Virus record (IMG/VR): IMGVR_UViG_3300034520_000094
Span: 1,522 to 65,521 of that record
DNA from: a virus
Taxonomy: Duplodnaviria; Caudoviricetes
DNA length: 64,000 nt
Direction: 5' to 3' (one strand)
Shown: one piece after another, positions 1-10,394 of the stretch
Layout: every line of letters begins with the position of its first letter
How positions within the stretch are numbered: position 1 is the first letter of the stretch
Notes under the pieces: generated by a model
Told to the model about the DNA's origin: nothing
The model's input: only the letters and a program-made list of their open reading frames with translations
Database searches by the model: none
Translations under genes and position numbers: made by a program

Positions 1-458
1 TTGGCAGCCGACTGTGGGATGCAGCTACGTCTATTGCATCAAATCTGTGGGAAGGGTTTAAGGATGGCCTTGGCATTCATTCGCCTTCGTATATTGAAGT
101 AGCAATGAAAGATATTCTGACTAGGTCTGGCGAAATGGTTAACGATATGAAAAGAACGTTCGGAGAGCTGAATCAGCTTAAAGTAAACCCACCGTCTCTG
201 GCTGGAGTAGCATCGTCGTTGAATACTGCTATTACAGATTTGAGTGCTTCGATTGCTCCAACTGTGAACCTTGCTTATGCAGGTATGCCTACTGCTCCAG
301 TAAGTGTGCTAGGTAAAGAATCGCCTGTGCAGAAGATTGAAGTTTATGGAGAAGTTGATGTAAAAGGTTATACGGACAAAGGCCAGTACATTGATACGCA
401 TAAGGAAATCATCAAGCAGATTGGCTTTGAGAATTTGCTTGATTATAGGAAGAAGTAA
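1..458 (+). CDS. Tape measure protein, C-terminal part (5'-truncated by window edge)
   Basis: Frame open from base 3 (GSRLWDAATSIASNLWEGFKDGLGIHSPSY...). GIHSPS is typical of TMP C-termini; TMP N-terminus is at the other end of the window. Confidence 0.8.
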   Translation, partial: GSRLWDAATSIASNLWEGFKDGLGIHSPSYIEVAMKDILTRSGEMVNDMKRTFGELNQLKVNPPSLAGVASSLNTAITDLSASIAPTVNLAYAGMPTAPVSVLGKESPVQKIEVYGEVDVKGYTDKGQYIDTHKEIIKQIGFENLLDYRKK

Positions 459-470
459 GGAGGTAGAGCG

Positions 471-830
471 GTGGACGACAAATTGACAACGTTAGATGAT
501 GTAGAAGTGCCTGGAATCCTCCATGCTGCGAATAGAAATGTAGAGCAAAAGAAGATTGTGTCAATTTTGTTAAGTGGCTTTCCGCTAGTCCAGACGATTG
601 GGAATCCTGTAACAAGGTTTGAGATTGAGTTTTATGCTATTATGGAAGGCCGAGTTGTTTTAGATGATTTGTGTAGTAGCGGAGCAGAGTTCAAGCTGTT
701 GTACCATGATAAAGTGTATAGAGGGTTTATAGAAGATGCAAGCATACAGTGGACACAGTTGCGCTTTACGAAAGGACGGGACTGGGCTGAAGGGAAGTTT
801 AAGTTCTTAGTAACTGAGGTATTGGTATGA
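471..830 (+). CDS. Putative distal tail (Dit-like) protein
   Basis: 119 aa, RBS AGGAGG, directly after TMP; call is positional. Confidence 0.5.
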   Translation: MDDKLTTLDDVEVPGILHAANRNVEQKKIVSILLSGFPLVQTIGNPVTRFEIEFYAIMEGRVVLDDLCSSGAEFKLLYHDKVYRGFIEDASIQWTQLRFTKGRDWAEGKFKFLVTEVLV

Positions 831-2113
831 GACAGATTTCAGCTGCTATGAAAGAACGTTTGCTAAGCACGCAGCAAACATTGTATGCAAATGCGAACCC
901 ATGGATGGAAGTACGGCTCTTACGGCAAAAGCTTCCGATTCAAGATAAGAAATATTGGCAAGAGTCCATTGTAGCTCCTGTAGATTGTACTGCGTCCTCA
1001 GTTGCTATAAGAAAACAAAGTGTTTTAAGGCCGCCTGATATAGCTTATGTTGCTTATGTGCACAATAGTACTTTGTATGTAAAGCAGGCAGCCATACGAT
1101 ATCCGATTAGTCACATGTATTGGGAACTTGTTGAAGAGATTCCGAATGTGCTGGCATGTGCTCTTGATTTTGACGGAATGTTTAAGCGGACTGCAAGTCC
1201 AGCGGTTTCAGAAATAATAGTTGAGTTTGAAACGGACGAAACTCCGTATTTGTTTTATTTGACGACTGATAATCAGCTGATGTATGGATTGCTTGGCTCA
1301 GAATACGAAGAGCTTGCTGGAAATGTAGAAACAGTAGATGTAATACGAGGAATTGCTTCGGAGAATGAAGATGTGAATCAAGGCTTGCTTGTTTTCTATG
1401 CTGTTGATGGTAGTGTGTATTATAACAGCTTGATTGATGGAGTATGGCAAGGTCAGCAACCAGTTAGTATTGCTCCGACAGATGTAGTAGCGATACGAGC
1501 TACTCGTACAGTAGATTGGCGTATTGTTTTGCATGTAACGGATAGTACAGGTGCTTTGTATGAAGTGTTTACGAAACCGTATGTAAGTGGCTGGGCTGGT
1601 CGTGATTATTTGACTGCAAGAGCATTGCTGGATGTCTCTACAATGGAAGTAGTATATCGTGATGCACAGTCAGACAATGAACATGTAAGTGTAGCAGCTG
1701 ACATGGCTATTACAATTTTGTGGGGAGCTGACCAGACCATTAAAGTAGCTGAAAATGTAGACGATGGTACTGGAAACTTTGGCTATAAGGTTAAGTTAGA
1801 ATGGGATTATCCGATTTCAAACGTAATGGAGCAGACGTTAGCTTTCACGCTAGAAGATAGTGCTGAGCATGTGTTTACGCAAACTGGAATAGCACAGATA
1901 AGTGATAGGGTTATTGAAGTTACATTTAAGAATTTCAATAATGCTGTTGGTGAATGCACGGTAAGGTATACGCCTGGGACGCTGCTTGGTGAAGCTGGCC
2001 AATTATTGGGACCTGCAAGTAAGACGTTTATGCCTGTTGGATTAGTTCCGTTTGAAGTAATCCCGCCAGTGCCCATCAGCATAGAGAACACGCAAGACTG
2101 GAGTGTTGATTGA
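827..2113 (+). CDS. Tail/baseplate structural protein
   Basis: 428 aa beta-rich ORF overlapping neighbours in tail operon. Confidence 0.55.
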   Translation: MRQISAAMKERLLSTQQTLYANANPWMEVRLLRQKLPIQDKKYWQESIVAPVDCTASSVAIRKQSVLRPPDIAYVAYVHNSTLYVKQAAIRYPISHMYWELVEEIPNVLACALDFDGMFKRTASPAVSEIIVEFETDETPYLFYLTTDNQLMYGLLGSEYEELAGNVETVDVIRGIASENEDVNQGLLVFYAVDGSVYYNSLIDGVWQGQQPVSIAPTDVVAIRATRTVDWRIVLHVTDSTGALYEVFTKPYVSGWAGRDYLTARALLDVSTMEVVYRDAQSDNEHVSVAADMAITILWGADQTIKVAENVDDGTGNFGYKVKLEWDYPISNVMEQTLAFTLEDSAEHVFTQTGIAQISDRVIEVTFKNFNNAVGECTVRYTPGTLLGEAGQLLGPASKTFMPVGLVPFEVIPPVPISIENTQDWSVD

Positions 2114-3089
2114 TATGAGCATTTTCGATTATCAGGCTTCGATTAAGATTACGTTTGATAAGCCGATTTTGACGAATCCAGAAGTTGTGATAGGAACAGA
2201 ATATTATGTTCCTGTACCGTTATTGCTGCCAGTAATTCCGATTGGTCTAGGAACATGGTCAGGTAGTTCTCCGTTGTCAAGAGTATTTGATAATAATACA
2301 GCTACGTATGGATATGTGTCTGGAACTTATCCGTTTGCAGCAGGAATAAATTTTAGAGAGGTAGTTCCGATTAGTGTAGTTAGACTTTATGTTGCTGATA
2401 GCAGCGGACCAAAAGATTATCAAGTTCAGTATAGTGATGATGGGTCAACTTGGAATACAATAGCTTCTGGACAGTTTACGACTACTGTAGGATGGCAGAC
2501 TGTAGAATTTGCTGAAGAAAGCCATCAGTATTGGCGATTGCTCTTTACGTCAAGCTGGACTGGAGGAACATATGCTTATGTGTATGAAGTTGTTTTTTGT
2601 ACTATAAGAAATGTATATGATGTAGCCGCTTGGACGGTAACTGGGCAAGAGTATAAGTATCGGCCTGGAACAGACGTAATAGACGAAACATATACTGTCC
2701 GAAAAGTAACGAAAGCACCTGATAATATGTCGGTTACGCTATGGCTTGATTTGAAGGATAGAATGACAGACCCGTATGGACCAGTAACTGTTTCGTATAG
2801 TAAAATACTAGGAAATTTAGCTGGCGATTTTGATTCAGCTGTAGAAGATTTTACGCTTCAGTTTACGCCGACGAATATTGTTCCGTATAGCCAGCCACAT
2901 GTTTCGGATAATGTATCGGCAAGAGGAAAAATGACAGTGTCTACGATGGAAGTTACGTATAAGTATATACCGTCAGAGTCAGACACGTTTTTAGTTTTAG
3001 ATTTAGATAACCAGTATATGAAGGAAAACATATCAGCACAGGCCAAGATGACTGTAGCTGTAACAAAAGTTGGCGATTTGCCACTGTAA
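2103..3089 (+). CDS. Tail protein with discoidin/F5-8 type C (carbohydrate-binding) domain
   Basis: VFDNNTAT...GPKDYQVQYSDDGSTWNTI...HQYWRLLF...YEVVF matches F5/8C pattern. Confidence 0.7.
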   Translation: MLIDMSIFDYQASIKITFDKPILTNPEVVIGTEYYVPVPLLLPVIPIGLGTWSGSSPLSRVFDNNTATYGYVSGTYPFAAGINFREVVPISVVRLYVADSSGPKDYQVQYSDDGSTWNTIASGQFTTTVGWQTVEFAEESHQYWRLLFTSSWTGGTYAYVYEVVFCTIRNVYDVAAWTVTGQEYKYRPGTDVIDETYTVRKVTKAPDNMSVTLWLDLKDRMTDPYGPVTVSYSKILGNLAGDFDSAVEDFTLQFTPTNIVPYSQPHVSDNVSARGKMTVSTMEVTYKYIPSESDTFLVLDLDNQYMKENISAQAKMTVAVTKVGDLPL

Positions 3090-3101
3090 GGAGGAAGTAA
3101 T

Positions 3102-3443
3102 ATGTTGTATCAAGATATGCAGACCTTTGTTAGAAGGATAAATGATGATGGAACGGTTGCTGATATTCCGAAGGATATAGCTAATGCAGACTACCAAGAA
3201 TACATTAAGACTGTTCCCTTAGAAAGAAGGATTGCGACACCGACAGAAGATGAACTTAGTAATATTAGTTTGAGAGCTATGTTGGCCGAAGTGCTTGAAG
3301 GTATTGGGATTACTGAAGCATATGCTACACTAGTTATTTTGAAAAAGAGGAAGCTTGGGTCAGTCCCAGAAAAATGGCGAAGCGATGTGCGAAGTATAGT
3401 AGCTCGTATTGCTTCAGACAATGAAATAAGTGAGGTAGAGTAA
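3102..3443 (+). CDS. Tail fibre-associated small protein
   Basis: IPKDIANADYQEY motif and C-terminal VPEKWRSDV motif seen in Firmicutes tail-fibre chaperones. Confidence 0.5.
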   Translation: MLYQDMQTFVRRINDDGTVADIPKDIANADYQEYIKTVPLERRIATPTEDELSNISLRAMLAEVLEGIGITEAYATLVILKKRKLGSVPEKWRSDVRSIVARIASDNEISEVE

Positions 3444-3444
3444 T

Positions 3445-5451
3445 ATGTCAACTAAGACAAAGTTAGAGGCAAAGGCCAGTATTCATAATAGATTTGATAT
3501 TTATGTCGGAGATAAACAAGTAGCGTACGCTGAGAACATTGTTTTGAATCAATTGTATAATAGATTATGTGCCAGAAGTTCGTATTTTGTAAATATTCAT
3601 TTTGGTACTGGTACTGGAACTCTATCGGCAACAAGAACATCGCTATTTGCACATCTTGGAACTAAAGCAGCTGTAGATGATGCTATGTCCAAAGTTTTGC
3701 CGACTTCATGGTGGAGACGGAAAATTGTTTTGAATCCAGAAGAATATGTAGGTGCTGCTTTGTCAGAAGTAGGAATAGCGTACGGTTCAACAAGTACGAA
3801 CTTAGTAACGCATGCTTTGATTAAGGATATGAATGGCAATCCGATTACGTTGGTTAAAACAGCAGTAGATGTAGTAACAATTTATGCTACTGTATTTGTA
3901 ACGTTTTCGACTACTAATGAAAATCTTAGTTTTGTTGGATTGCCAAACAATAATCCGTTAGTGAATTATCTTGTTGGTGGAACAGCATTTCCTAGCATAG
4001 CTTTCTTTACTGGTCAAGCAACTACTCCAAGTGTAATAGCTTGTACTAGTCCTGTAATTGATGATGTCGTATTTACGTCTGCTACACTTTCTTTAACTAC
4101 AGATATAGCAAATAAAAAGTTTTCAACTAATGTATTGAGGATTGCTGTTGAACAGTCTAATGCACATATTGCAGAGATAGGACTTGGAAAGTCTGATACA
4201 CGTCCGATTTTTAGACTGAGACTTCCAGCACCTGGTATCTATGATGGCTTAGAATTATCTGATGTTCCAGTAGGTTCTGGTGATGGAAGCACTGTTACAT
4301 TTGAGCTTCCAAGTAATAATATTGCACCTGCAACTGTTGTAGTTAAAGTAGATGGAGTAGAAACGCCTGTTACAAAAACAGCTATAAATAAAGCTATAAA
4401 TTTTAGGAATCGGGCTACAATTCCGACAAGTTTATCTGTGCATGATATTTCAGCAGATGGAACAGTAATAGCTTATGTTCCAGAAGGTGATAGTACTCAA
4501 ATCAGATTGTGCGGAGTTGACGATGATGTTATAACGCTCCTTCAACAAATTTATGTTCCTGAATCTATCAGTAGTTGTGCATTGTCTGCCGATGGAAGTG
4601 TACTTATAGTTGGCTTACAAGCTTCGCCATATGTAGCAACGTATAAAAGGACTGATGGAGTATGGATAAAACTCCCAGCGCCTGGAACTATTTTACAATC
4701 ATATTGTAGTAGTGTAGCTGTAAGTGCAGATGGTCTTGTTATAGCTTGTTGCAGCCCTACTCCTGCTGAAATCAAATCGTATGACTGGAATGGCACAGAG
4801 TGGATAGTCCGAGCAAATCCACCAAGCATTTTATATGGAATGAATAGAATAGCGTTAGATGCTGATGGAAATGTGCTTGCGGTATCAGTTGCATATTATA
4901 GCAATAAAGGTGTGCTTGTTTGGGACTGGGATGGAAGTACGTATACGTTGAGAGTAGACCCACCTTCTTTGCCGTCTGGCGGGCAGTGTTATGCTGCATA
5001 TTTGTCGAATGACGGAACAATCTATGCCTGTACTAGAGATGGTTTTGCACACGTTTGGGATTGGCATGGAAGTTCATGGACTAAGCGTGCACAAGCTCCT
5101 GGAATGGTAAATGCATCATATCATAATGCACATTTATCGTCTGATGGGCTTATTATGGTTTGTGGTATGAAAATTTACGATTGGATAAATAATGCATGGG
5201 TATTACGAACAGGCGGAAAGACATATAACTTTTCTGATACTGACCCACGTATTGCTCGTGATGCACTAAATTTAATAGTTTCTTATTATGGAGTGTTCGA
5301 TATTGCTAACAGGTCGCTTAAAGTTACGTTTGCTTCGCCACCAGCCGCTGGTGCAGTAATCACGGCCGACTATACAGTTAACGGAATTCATAAAACGGCT
5401 CAGAGAGTAATTGATTTGTATGCAGAGATAGCTTTTGGCGAAGTAGTATAG
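3445..5451 (+). CDS. Tail fibre/receptor-binding protein with beta-propeller
   Basis: N-terminal HFGTGTG...LSEVGI tail-fibre domain; repeated (L/I)SADG.V(I/L)A...WDWDG blades. Confidence 0.7.
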   Translation: MSTKTKLEAKASIHNRFDIYVGDKQVAYAENIVLNQLYNRLCARSSYFVNIHFGTGTGTLSATRTSLFAHLGTKAAVDDAMSKVLPTSWWRRKIVLNPEEYVGAALSEVGIAYGSTSTNLVTHALIKDMNGNPITLVKTAVDVVTIYATVFVTFSTTNENLSFVGLPNNNPLVNYLVGGTAFPSIAFFTGQATTPSVIACTSPVIDDVVFTSATLSLTTDIANKKFSTNVLRIAVEQSNAHIAEIGLGKSDTRPIFRLRLPAPGIYDGLELSDVPVGSGDGSTVTFELPSNNIAPATVVVKVDGVETPVTKTAINKAINFRNRATIPTSLSVHDISADGTVIAYVPEGDSTQIRLCGVDDDVITLLQQIYVPESISSCALSADGSVLIVGLQASPYVATYKRTDGVWIKLPAPGTILQSYCSSVAVSADGLVIACCSPTPAEIKSYDWNGTEWIVRANPPSILYGMNRIALDADGNVLAVSVAYYSNKGVLVWDWDGSTYTLRVDPPSLPSGGQCYAAYLSNDGTIYACTRDGFAHVWDWHGSSWTKRAQAPGMVNASYHNAHLSSDGLIMVCGMKIYDWINNAWVLRTGGKTYNFSDTDPRIARDALNLIVSYYGVFDIANRSLKVTFASPPAAGAVITADYTVNGIHKTAQRVIDLYAEIAFGEVV

Positions 5452-5484
5452 TAGCTATAGTATAGCTAGAAAGAAGGTAGATGG

Positions 5485-7392
5485 ATGGAGCTGGTCTGGG
5501 ATTTTGCAAGAAAGATAGATACAGCAGGAGTAGGAGGAAATACAACTTCTTATTTTGATACGTCATGCCAAGCTTTCTATACTGATGGAGGGTATATTAA
5601 GACTCAAGTAGGAAATGTTGCTTTTGGGCAATGGCAAGACACTGACTATGGTCCTGAAGTAATTATCAGTAATGCTGGATATGATTGTTTGGATATCGAG
5701 CACCATTATAATGGTTCAGTTTATGGCTCTGCAAAGAAGTCTGAAAGTACAGTATTTTTAGTCTATGACTATATGATGGATTTGTCTGGTTGGCTCACAG
5801 AAGGAGAGTGGGTAGAGCAGCCAGATAATCCGATAAAGGCGGGTTCGGTAACTATCAGAAATGCAGACATAAGCAGAATGATGGATGCTAATTTTTCGAT
5901 ATTTGCTCCTGGCTCGAGAGTTGTACTTCGGTTCAGGATAGGGGATTCTGAGTATTATGATATAGGAACGTTTTTCTTGACTTCTGCTCCGTATGATGAA
6001 CTGGCTGAGACATTTACGTTAAGCGGAAGAAATAGAATTGGACAGTTCTTAGCTGAGCAGACTTTTGACGAATTGACCAGCTTGAACACGACTATAAGCA
6101 TGGCTGTAAAAGCTATTATGAATCATGCTGGACTGTCTGAAAATGAATATGTTGTAGAAGAAGATGAAGCAACAGTTCAAGCCAGCTTTGAGCCAGACCA
6201 GACTTTGATGGATGGATTAACGAAGTTGATTGCAGTGTTTGACTGGGTTATGGACGATTTGCCGAATGGCGATATCATTGTTGGTTCAAGAACGTTTGTT
6301 AGAACGTATAAGCTGACGGCTGTGTATGAATTTACTAGAAATACGGATATAGTTTCGATGCCAGCAACCAGAAGTATGGACGGTGTGTATACGAGAGTTT
6401 GCGTACGAAGAGAAGTTCCTGCAAGACAGGTTTATGTTAATGTTCCATATTATGATTCATGGTTTCTCGGGTCGCATAAGACGTATCATATCAAAGTTGA
6501 TGATAATGTATCTGACGCACAGATGGATGCAATGGCCACAACCGTAGCAAGTGAGCTTCAGTATATGGGCATTGTTGAGCAGGTGTATAGTCCGTTCAGA
6601 CCTTGGCTTCAGATTGGAGATGTTGCTAAGTTAACTGGTGGAGAGGATGAACGTATAGTTGGGATTATCTCGAACTTAAAACATACGTTCGGGCCAGAGT
6701 CTGGCTTTTTTACAGAGATTTCTGTAACGTCTGGTGGGGAAATCTCCAATCCTGATAATCCTGCCATGATAGCATCTCGTTTTGCTGGAAAACTGGGTGG
6801 AGCTAATCGTGAAAAACGATTGGTTGACTACTTGCAGCAGAGTTCTGCGAATACAGGTGGGTCTGTTTCTGGCTATGGCGGCGGTGGTGGAGAAGACGGA
6901 CTGTCAGCTTATGAGATATGGCGGTCGCTAGGAAATACTGGAACTGAAGAAGACTTTATTCGTTCCTTGTCTGGACTAGTTACACGTGTATCGTTATCGA
7001 CAGACCAAGATGTAGGTATTGATACATGGACAGTTTTAAGCTGGGACACAGAAGTGATTGATGATGCTGGGGCGTATTCGTCCAGTTATCCGACACGAAT
7101 TACTGTTCCGACAGGAAAGACTCGTGTATGCCTGAAAGCTTTTGTACCATTTACTGCTGACGCTACAGGAATACGTTATGCACAGATAAGGAAAGGAACT
7201 GATGATAATCCAGTTAATATCACGACAGCACTTGCAAGTGCGGAATCTGGGTTAATGCTGGATTCTGGCTGGTTGGAATGCGAAGCTGGAGAGTATTTTG
7301 AGGTTCTTGCCAATGCTGGAACATCAGGTGCAGACGTTTTGGGAGCAAATTCATGGGGTGGTCCTGCATGGTTTGAGGCCAGCTTCCTGTAA
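5485..7392 (+). CDS. Tail tip/hub (Tal-like) protein
   Basis: Hub-like core (RPWLQIGDV...LKHTF), Gly linker, GEDGLSAYEIW...GTEEDF motif common in phage tail proteins. Confidence 0.65.
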   Translation: MELVWDFARKIDTAGVGGNTTSYFDTSCQAFYTDGGYIKTQVGNVAFGQWQDTDYGPEVIISNAGYDCLDIEHHYNGSVYGSAKKSESTVFLVYDYMMDLSGWLTEGEWVEQPDNPIKAGSVTIRNADISRMMDANFSIFAPGSRVVLRFRIGDSEYYDIGTFFLTSAPYDELAETFTLSGRNRIGQFLAEQTFDELTSLNTTISMAVKAIMNHAGLSENEYVVEEDEATVQASFEPDQTLMDGLTKLIAVFDWVMDDLPNGDIIVGSRTFVRTYKLTAVYEFTRNTDIVSMPATRSMDGVYTRVCVRREVPARQVYVNVPYYDSWFLGSHKTYHIKVDDNVSDAQMDAMATTVASELQYMGIVEQVYSPFRPWLQIGDVAKLTGGEDERIVGIISNLKHTFGPESGFFTEISVTSGGEISNPDNPAMIASRFAGKLGGANREKRLVDYLQQSSANTGGSVSGYGGGGGEDGLSAYEIWRSLGNTGTEEDFIRSLSGLVTRVSLSTDQDVGIDTWTVLSWDTEVIDDAGAYSSSYPTRITVPTGKTRVCLKAFVPFTADATGIRYAQIRKGTDDNPVNITTALASAESGLMLDSGWLECEAGEYFEVLANAGTSGADVLGANSWGGPAWFEASFL

Positions 7393-7419
7393 ACTAGACT
7401 GACGGCTTTGCATATAGTA
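7389..7419 (+). promoter_or_regulatory. Candidate late (phage/sporulation-type sigma) promoter for lysis cassette
   Basis: GTAAAC-N15-GCATATAGTA; same spacing as motifs at 48812 and 54237; -10 resembles CATANNNTA. Confidence 0.4.
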
Positions 7420-7527
7420 ATAGTAATGGACAGGACAAGAAAAGGCGGGATGGATATGAAGAAATAAATAGAGCATGCAGGAAATAACGATGATGTTCTT
7501 CTGCATGCTATTAGAGGGGGACATCGA

Positions 7528-8160
7528 GTGGATAAAGTATTAAATCTAGTAGAGACTCAAGGACTAGCTGTAGTAATCGCCGTCTTGTTCTTGTATACGT
7601 TGTTCAAAGCAATAAATATTATGTTGGATAGGCTCAAGAAAAAAAGTAAAGAAGAGCAGCATGATATTTTGTTAGATGTTAGAAAAAAGGTTGGCGAAGA
7701 CATTGAGGACATATTGAATTATGCGATGTTACGGGCAAATGCTTGTCGTGCATATGTGTTTGAGTATCATAACGGCGTAACTAGCTTGGGTGGGTTACCG
7801 TTTTTGAAAATGAGCAATACGTACGAAGTTGTGAACGCTGGAGTACAGTCTAATCAGAGTACGCTGATGGATTTGCCATGCTTGCTGTACCAGAAATTGA
7901 TTCGGGCGTTGGACTTAAATCCGTATGTGTTTCTGAACGTTAACGACAGAAAAGAAGAGTATGGGCAGCTAGTATATGAGATGATGGTAGAGCAGGGCGT
8001 AACGCAGGCCATTCTTTTTCGATTCGTGGATAAGAAGAATAGAACTGCTGGTTTTGTTGGATTAGACTATGCATGCACTGAGCCGAAATGTACAGAAGGA
8101 ACTATTGAAATAGTTAGAGAATTGGCTGCAAAGATTGGTGTATTGCTTGCAATAGTTTGA
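7528..8160 (+). CDS. Membrane protein with N-terminal TM and GAF-like domain (putative holin)
   Basis: TM GLAVVIAVLFLYTLFKAI, then RAYVFEYHNG...GFVGLDY; immediately upstream of endolysin. Confidence 0.55.
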   Translation: MDKVLNLVETQGLAVVIAVLFLYTLFKAINIMLDRLKKKSKEEQHDILLDVRKKVGEDIEDILNYAMLRANACRAYVFEYHNGVTSLGGLPFLKMSNTYEVVNAGVQSNQSTLMDLPCLLYQKLIRALDLNPYVFLNVNDRKEEYGQLVYEMMVEQGVTQAILFRFVDKKNRTAGFVGLDYACTEPKCTEGTIEIVRELAAKIGVLLAIV

Positions 8161-8187
8161 TTCAAGATAAGAAGGAGGAATGAAGAG

Positions 8188-9270
8188 ATGGAATTGCATC
8201 AACGCTTTATGATACGAAATGATTGTTATGCTGCACGCCGAATGATTAAGCCAATAGGTATTGTTATTCATTCGACTGCAACGCCTGGGGTGATGGCGGC
8301 AGATTGGTTTGGCAGATGGAATAAATCGTATAAGGCAGGAGAGATAGACAGGCAAGTTTGTACCCATGCTTTTGTAGACGACGAAGAGTGCTGGCAGTAT
8401 TTGCCCTGGAATTATCGTGGATGGCATGTTGGCGGGGCTGGAAACGATACACACATAGGTATAGAGTTGTGTGAGCCAAAAGACTGGGCAACGAATAAGA
8501 AGTATTTTGATAAAGTATATGCTAACGCTGTAGAATTGTGTGTTCTGTTGGTGAAAATGTACAATATTCCTGTTGAAAATATCATAGACCATGCACAGGC
8601 GTATCGTATGGGATTGGGCAGCAATCATGTTGATGTTGGACACTGGTTTCCGAAGTTCGGAAAGAACATGGATATGTTTCGTGAAGATGTAAGGAAGGCT
8701 TTGACACCAGTAGTTTCTAAGCCTACGACTAGTCCTGTGTCAAGAAGTGGCCAAGTAGAATATACAGTAGTTAGTGGAGATACGCTGAGTGGAATTGGCC
8801 AAAAGTTTAGTGTAGACTGGCAAAAAATAGCGCAAGCTAACAAGATTACGAACCCGAATTTGATTCGTGTTGGTCAAAAGCTAGTAATTCCGACAAGCAG
8901 ACCAGCAGAACCAACCGAAATGACTGGAACGGTGAAGGTGAACAGCACGTTGAATGTTCGCAGCGGTGCTGGAACTAAGTATAAGATAATAGGTAGCTTG
9001 AAGAACGGTGCAAAAGTAACTGTCCTAGACAAGAGTGGTAGCTGGTACAAAATAAAGTACGGAAATACAATTGGATATGTTAGTGAGCAGTATCTAGAAG
9101 TGAGTGGAGTTAGCAAGGCACCTGCACAGTATGTAGTTAAGCGTGGAGATACGTTAAGTGAGATTGCCAAGAAGAATGGGTATACTGTAGCAGAATTGGC
9201 GAAGTTTAATGGAATTAAGAATCCGAGTATGATTCGAGTAGGGCAGGTGATTAAGTTTCCAGACAAGTAG
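8188..9270 (+). CDS. Endolysin: Amidase_2 + LysM + SH3b + LysM
   Basis: IVIHSTA, WHVG, IGIELCE, NHVD amidase motifs; YTVVSGDTLSGI and YVVKRGDTLSEI LysM; LNVRSGAG...WYKI...GYVS SH3b. Confidence 0.92.
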   Translation: MELHQRFMIRNDCYAARRMIKPIGIVIHSTATPGVMAADWFGRWNKSYKAGEIDRQVCTHAFVDDEECWQYLPWNYRGWHVGGAGNDTHIGIELCEPKDWATNKKYFDKVYANAVELCVLLVKMYNIPVENIIDHAQAYRMGLGSNHVDVGHWFPKFGKNMDMFREDVRKALTPVVSKPTTSPVSRSGQVEYTVVSGDTLSGIGQKFSVDWQKIAQANKITNPNLIRVGQKLVIPTSRPAEPTEMTGTVKVNSTLNVRSGAGTKYKIIGSLKNGAKVTVLDKSGSWYKIKYGNTIGYVSEQYLEVSGVSKAPAQYVVKRGDTLSEIAKKNGYTVAELAKFNGIKNPSMIRVGQVIKFPDK

Positions 9271-9285
9271 AAAGGATTACTGAAA

Positions 9286-9528
9286 ATGAAGAAGAGAAAA
9301 GCAAAGTTCTCGAAGAAAGTTGTAGCATTTGTTATCGTGGCCAATGCTTTGTTTGCCGCAGCTGTGCTATATGTATTCGTTAAGGTTGGCTCTGAACCTG
9401 TTGCGTTGATTGGTAGCTGGTTTAGCTTTACGACAGTTGAGCTATGGTCTTTGGCTGGTATTACGAAGAAGGAAAAAGACATTGAAATTCGTGAGAGATT
9501 CACGGAACAGAAAGAAGAGGAGGAATAG
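9286..9528 (+). CDS. Small two-TM membrane protein (holin-like)
   Basis: KFSKKVVAFVIV...EPVALIGSWF; lysis context. Confidence 0.55.
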   Translation: MKKRKAKFSKKVVAFVIVANALFAAAVLYVFVKVGSEPVALIGSWFSFTTVELWSLAGITKKEKDIEIRERFTEQKEEEE

Positions 9529-9531
9529 ACT

Positions 9532-9912
9532 ATGTCAGAAACATTGATGAATTTGTTGGTGGAATTGATAACGCTTCTAGCAACAATTTTGGCAGGCTTA
9601 GCTGTGCAGTATCTACGAAAGAAGATTGGAGTAGAAAAGCTCAATGCAATAGAAGCAGAGCTAGCGGCCAAGCAAGAGATTGTAGATACTGTAGTACTGT
9701 TTGTTCAGCAGGTTTATGAAGAATATGACGGAGAGACTAAGTATGCCAGAGCACTTAGTGTTGCGTCGGAATGGTTAACTGAAAAAGGATTTACAGTAAC
9801 AAATGCTGAGTTACAAAGTTTGATAGAAGCCAGCGTAAAGGCACTGAAAAAGGAATTTGCCGAGCAGTGGCGGTCATTGCCTAAGGAATCGGCGACACAG
9901 ATAAATGATTAA
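9532..9912 (+). CDS. Holin, LL-H family
   Basis: N-terminal TM then FVQQVY...GETKY..A...LIEASV pattern. Confidence 0.75.
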   Translation: MSETLMNLLVELITLLATILAGLAVQYLRKKIGVEKLNAIEAELAAKQEIVDTVVLFVQQVYEEYDGETKYARALSVASEWLTEKGFTVTNAELQSLIEASVKALKKEFAEQWRSLPKESATQIND

Positions 9913-9952
9913 GGTTCTTTGCTTTTGCTATAGCTAGCCCCAACAGTATAGA

Positions 9953-9987
9953 GGCTCTGCCAGTATGAAATGGCAGAGTCTTTTTTG
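9953..9987 (+). terminator. Rho-independent terminator ending lysis cassette
   Basis: CTCTGCCA-gtatgaaa-TGGCAGAG followed by T tract. Confidence 0.85.
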
Positions 9988-10007
9988 TTATGCAGAAATA
10001 TTGCTTA

Positions 10008-10085
10008 TTAGTAAAATCCGTTCTTGACACAGATGGCAATATATGTTAGAATAAAAGAAAAAACTAATAAATGTGAAGGAGACGA
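10008..10085 (+). promoter_or_regulatory. sigmaA promoter cassette copy 1
   Basis: TTGACA(10024)-17-TAGAAT, extended TG, A-rich leader, GAAGGAGA RBS. Confidence 0.85.
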
Positions 10086-10089
10086 GAAG

Positions 10090-10278
10090 ATGAAAGTTAA
10101 AGAAATGAGAATAGTTATGGACTTTATGAACATGGCAGAGAAGAAGTTTGGTGTCGGGTCTTGGAAAAGATTCTTTGTTAACCAGGAAGCTCTAGTAGTA
10201 GACTTGAGAGATGGCAATACGATGATTTATACGTTGGAGTTTGTGAGAGAAGTAGCAGCAGGGAGGATGGAGATATGA
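10090..10278 (+). CDS. Hypothetical early protein
   Basis: ATG after RBS downstream of promoter; track start at 10024 lies in the -35 box. Confidence 0.65.
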   Translation: MKVKEMRIVMDFMNMAEKKFGVGSWKRFFVNQEALVVDLRDGNTMIYTLEFVREVAAGRMEI

Positions 10279-10325
10279 GCAGGAGTAAAATCTTGCTCAT
10301 TAGTCAAATTTTTATAAACTAACTA

Positions 10326-10354
10326 TTGACACAGAAGGTATTATATGTTATAAT
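10326..10354 (+). promoter_or_regulatory. sigmaA promoter copy 2
   Basis: TTGACA-cagaaggtattatatgt-TATAAT. Confidence 0.85.
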
Positions 10355-10394
10355 AAAGAAAAAACCAATAAAAAAAGTGAAGGGAGACAAAAAG

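Noticed and set aside
3445-7392. Diversity-generating retroelement or invertible tail cassette
   Set aside because: No reverse transcriptase, template/variable repeat pair or invertase found.
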